DNA of 64,000 nucleotides from Takakia lepidozioides. Taxonomy: Eukaryota > Plantae > Bryophyta. Positions 62,943-64,000 of this stretch are shown piece after piece. How positions within the stretch are numbered: position 1 is the stretch's first letter; each line of letters starts with the position of its first letter. The notes under the pieces were generated by a model. That model ran no database searches. It saw only the letters and a program-made list of their open reading frames with translations, and was not told the DNA's origin. Made by a program: the position numbers and the translations under genes. The stretch is taken from contig CM060733.1 in NCBI GenBank assembly GCA_030704615.1, positions 60,264,001 to 60,328,000 of the forward strand. The letters run 5' to 3'.

Positions 62943-64000
62943 TCAACAGGTCGGAAAGGTTTTGCTGCACGAGGATGTAGCATCCCAGTTGGCCAGGATA
63001 TCAACAAGCTGCCCTCTACAGATTCGAAGGCACGACAGCACATGTGTCTCGAGGTACTTGTCATCACCCACAATACGAAGTATATCTGACCATTCTTCGG
63101 CCATACTCAGTGGGACGTAGACGGGTTCCTCGAGGGGTGCAAAGTCACAATCCTCCACAGGTCTGTCCATTGCGACAGTCGTTGTATCCAACATCAGATT
63201 ATGCAATCCTCCATGTATGGTTCCGAGCGCCGTGCCACATGCACGCACTATGAGTCCATCCTGCAAGTCGGGATGAAGCAACTTCAGCACTTTCACTTGG
63301 TGTTTGCACAAATTGCCTTTCATTGCCCATGGGCAAGTGCAAGAAGCCCAATCCGATCCAGGGTTGTAAACAATGTAGGTAGTGTCTGGGTGATTGCTGC
63401 TTAGCACATACGCTGGTTGTCCTTCCACCAAGGGTAGAGTCACATTGCTCGCTGGAATGTCCCTGGCCGCTAGCACAGAGCTAGATATGTACTTTTCCTG
63501 TTTGTCATTGCGTATGAACCCATGCGTCTTCAAATGAATTGCGTACCAGTAGTGTGTGAGCACACGGCCCGTGAGTTCCCATATTAGCCAATCGACTCTT
63601 CGACCATCATTGTGCCTTTCCCCATCCTCAGTCTAGCCTTCAAGTTTCTATGGTATGCCTCATGCTAGCATTTGTGTCTTGACTGGCATGTGGAACATGA
63701 CGAGCAGCAGTACACCACATTGCTATTTTAGGAGACCATTCCTTGTTGATGTCCTTTAAAATTCCCGGGCATTCCGATATTTCTTCTCATTTCCCTGATT
63801 GTTTTGGCAACCCATGGAAGCGCTTTTTTTGGGATCGCTTGTTCCACCTCTACAGTACATGAGGTCTCCCATATCCTTCAACACGTTTGCTGCTGTACGA
63901 GATCTTTGGTCTTCTGGCATGATTGCTTTACCCATGCCTTGCAGACATGCCAAAGGCACAGGAAAATGAGGACTCCTTTGAAAGCAACCCTGCACATAAC
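62943..64000 (-). mobile_element. Mutator-like (MULE) transposase C-terminal part with SWIM zinc finger; continues beyond the window; frameshifted
   Basis: IFLCLWHVCKAW (CxxH), QDTNAS.EAYHRNLK (catalytic Glu motif), SCTCPWAMKGNLCKHQ (SWIM). Confidence 0.88.

Overview
This is eukaryotic nuclear DNA from a land plant. Spliceosomal introns, a PLS-type PPR fragment and the TE repertoire suggest a non-seed plant, but the species cannot be determined. Host genes: a 7-exon GET3d/At1g26090-like ArsA ATPase (400-4847, +), an unidentified multi-exon gene (about 6198-8904, -), mitochondrial ribosomal protein mS33 with a ~9.9 kb intron (20388-30559, -), Delta7-sterol C5-desaturase DWF7/STE1 (31959-34145, +) and TIM23 (35262-35855, +). 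Most of the rest is transposons with unusual cargo. (1) A ~10.2 kb element with ~430-bp terminal inverted repeats (9263-19493) holds a spliced IS3/IS481-type (IS3EU-like) DDE transposase and captured exportin-1 exons. (2) A tRNA-Ala-primed Ty3/Gypsy element (21854-30029) has an extra 5' ORF, a TTTAAAC -1 frameshift site, a dUTPase domain and atypical termini. (3) The most striking feature is a Ty3/Gypsy element (about 44480-55650) whose polyprotein region reads gag - protease - DNMT3-like C5 cytosine methyltransferase - RT - RNaseH - integrase - PHD finger. (4) A Mutator-like element carries a SWIM-finger transposase and a convergent Ulp1/C48 protease gene (55650-64000), and may be the host of element 3. 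LINE, CRE-like and PPR remnants are also present. All family assignments come from motifs recognised by eye; no searches were run.
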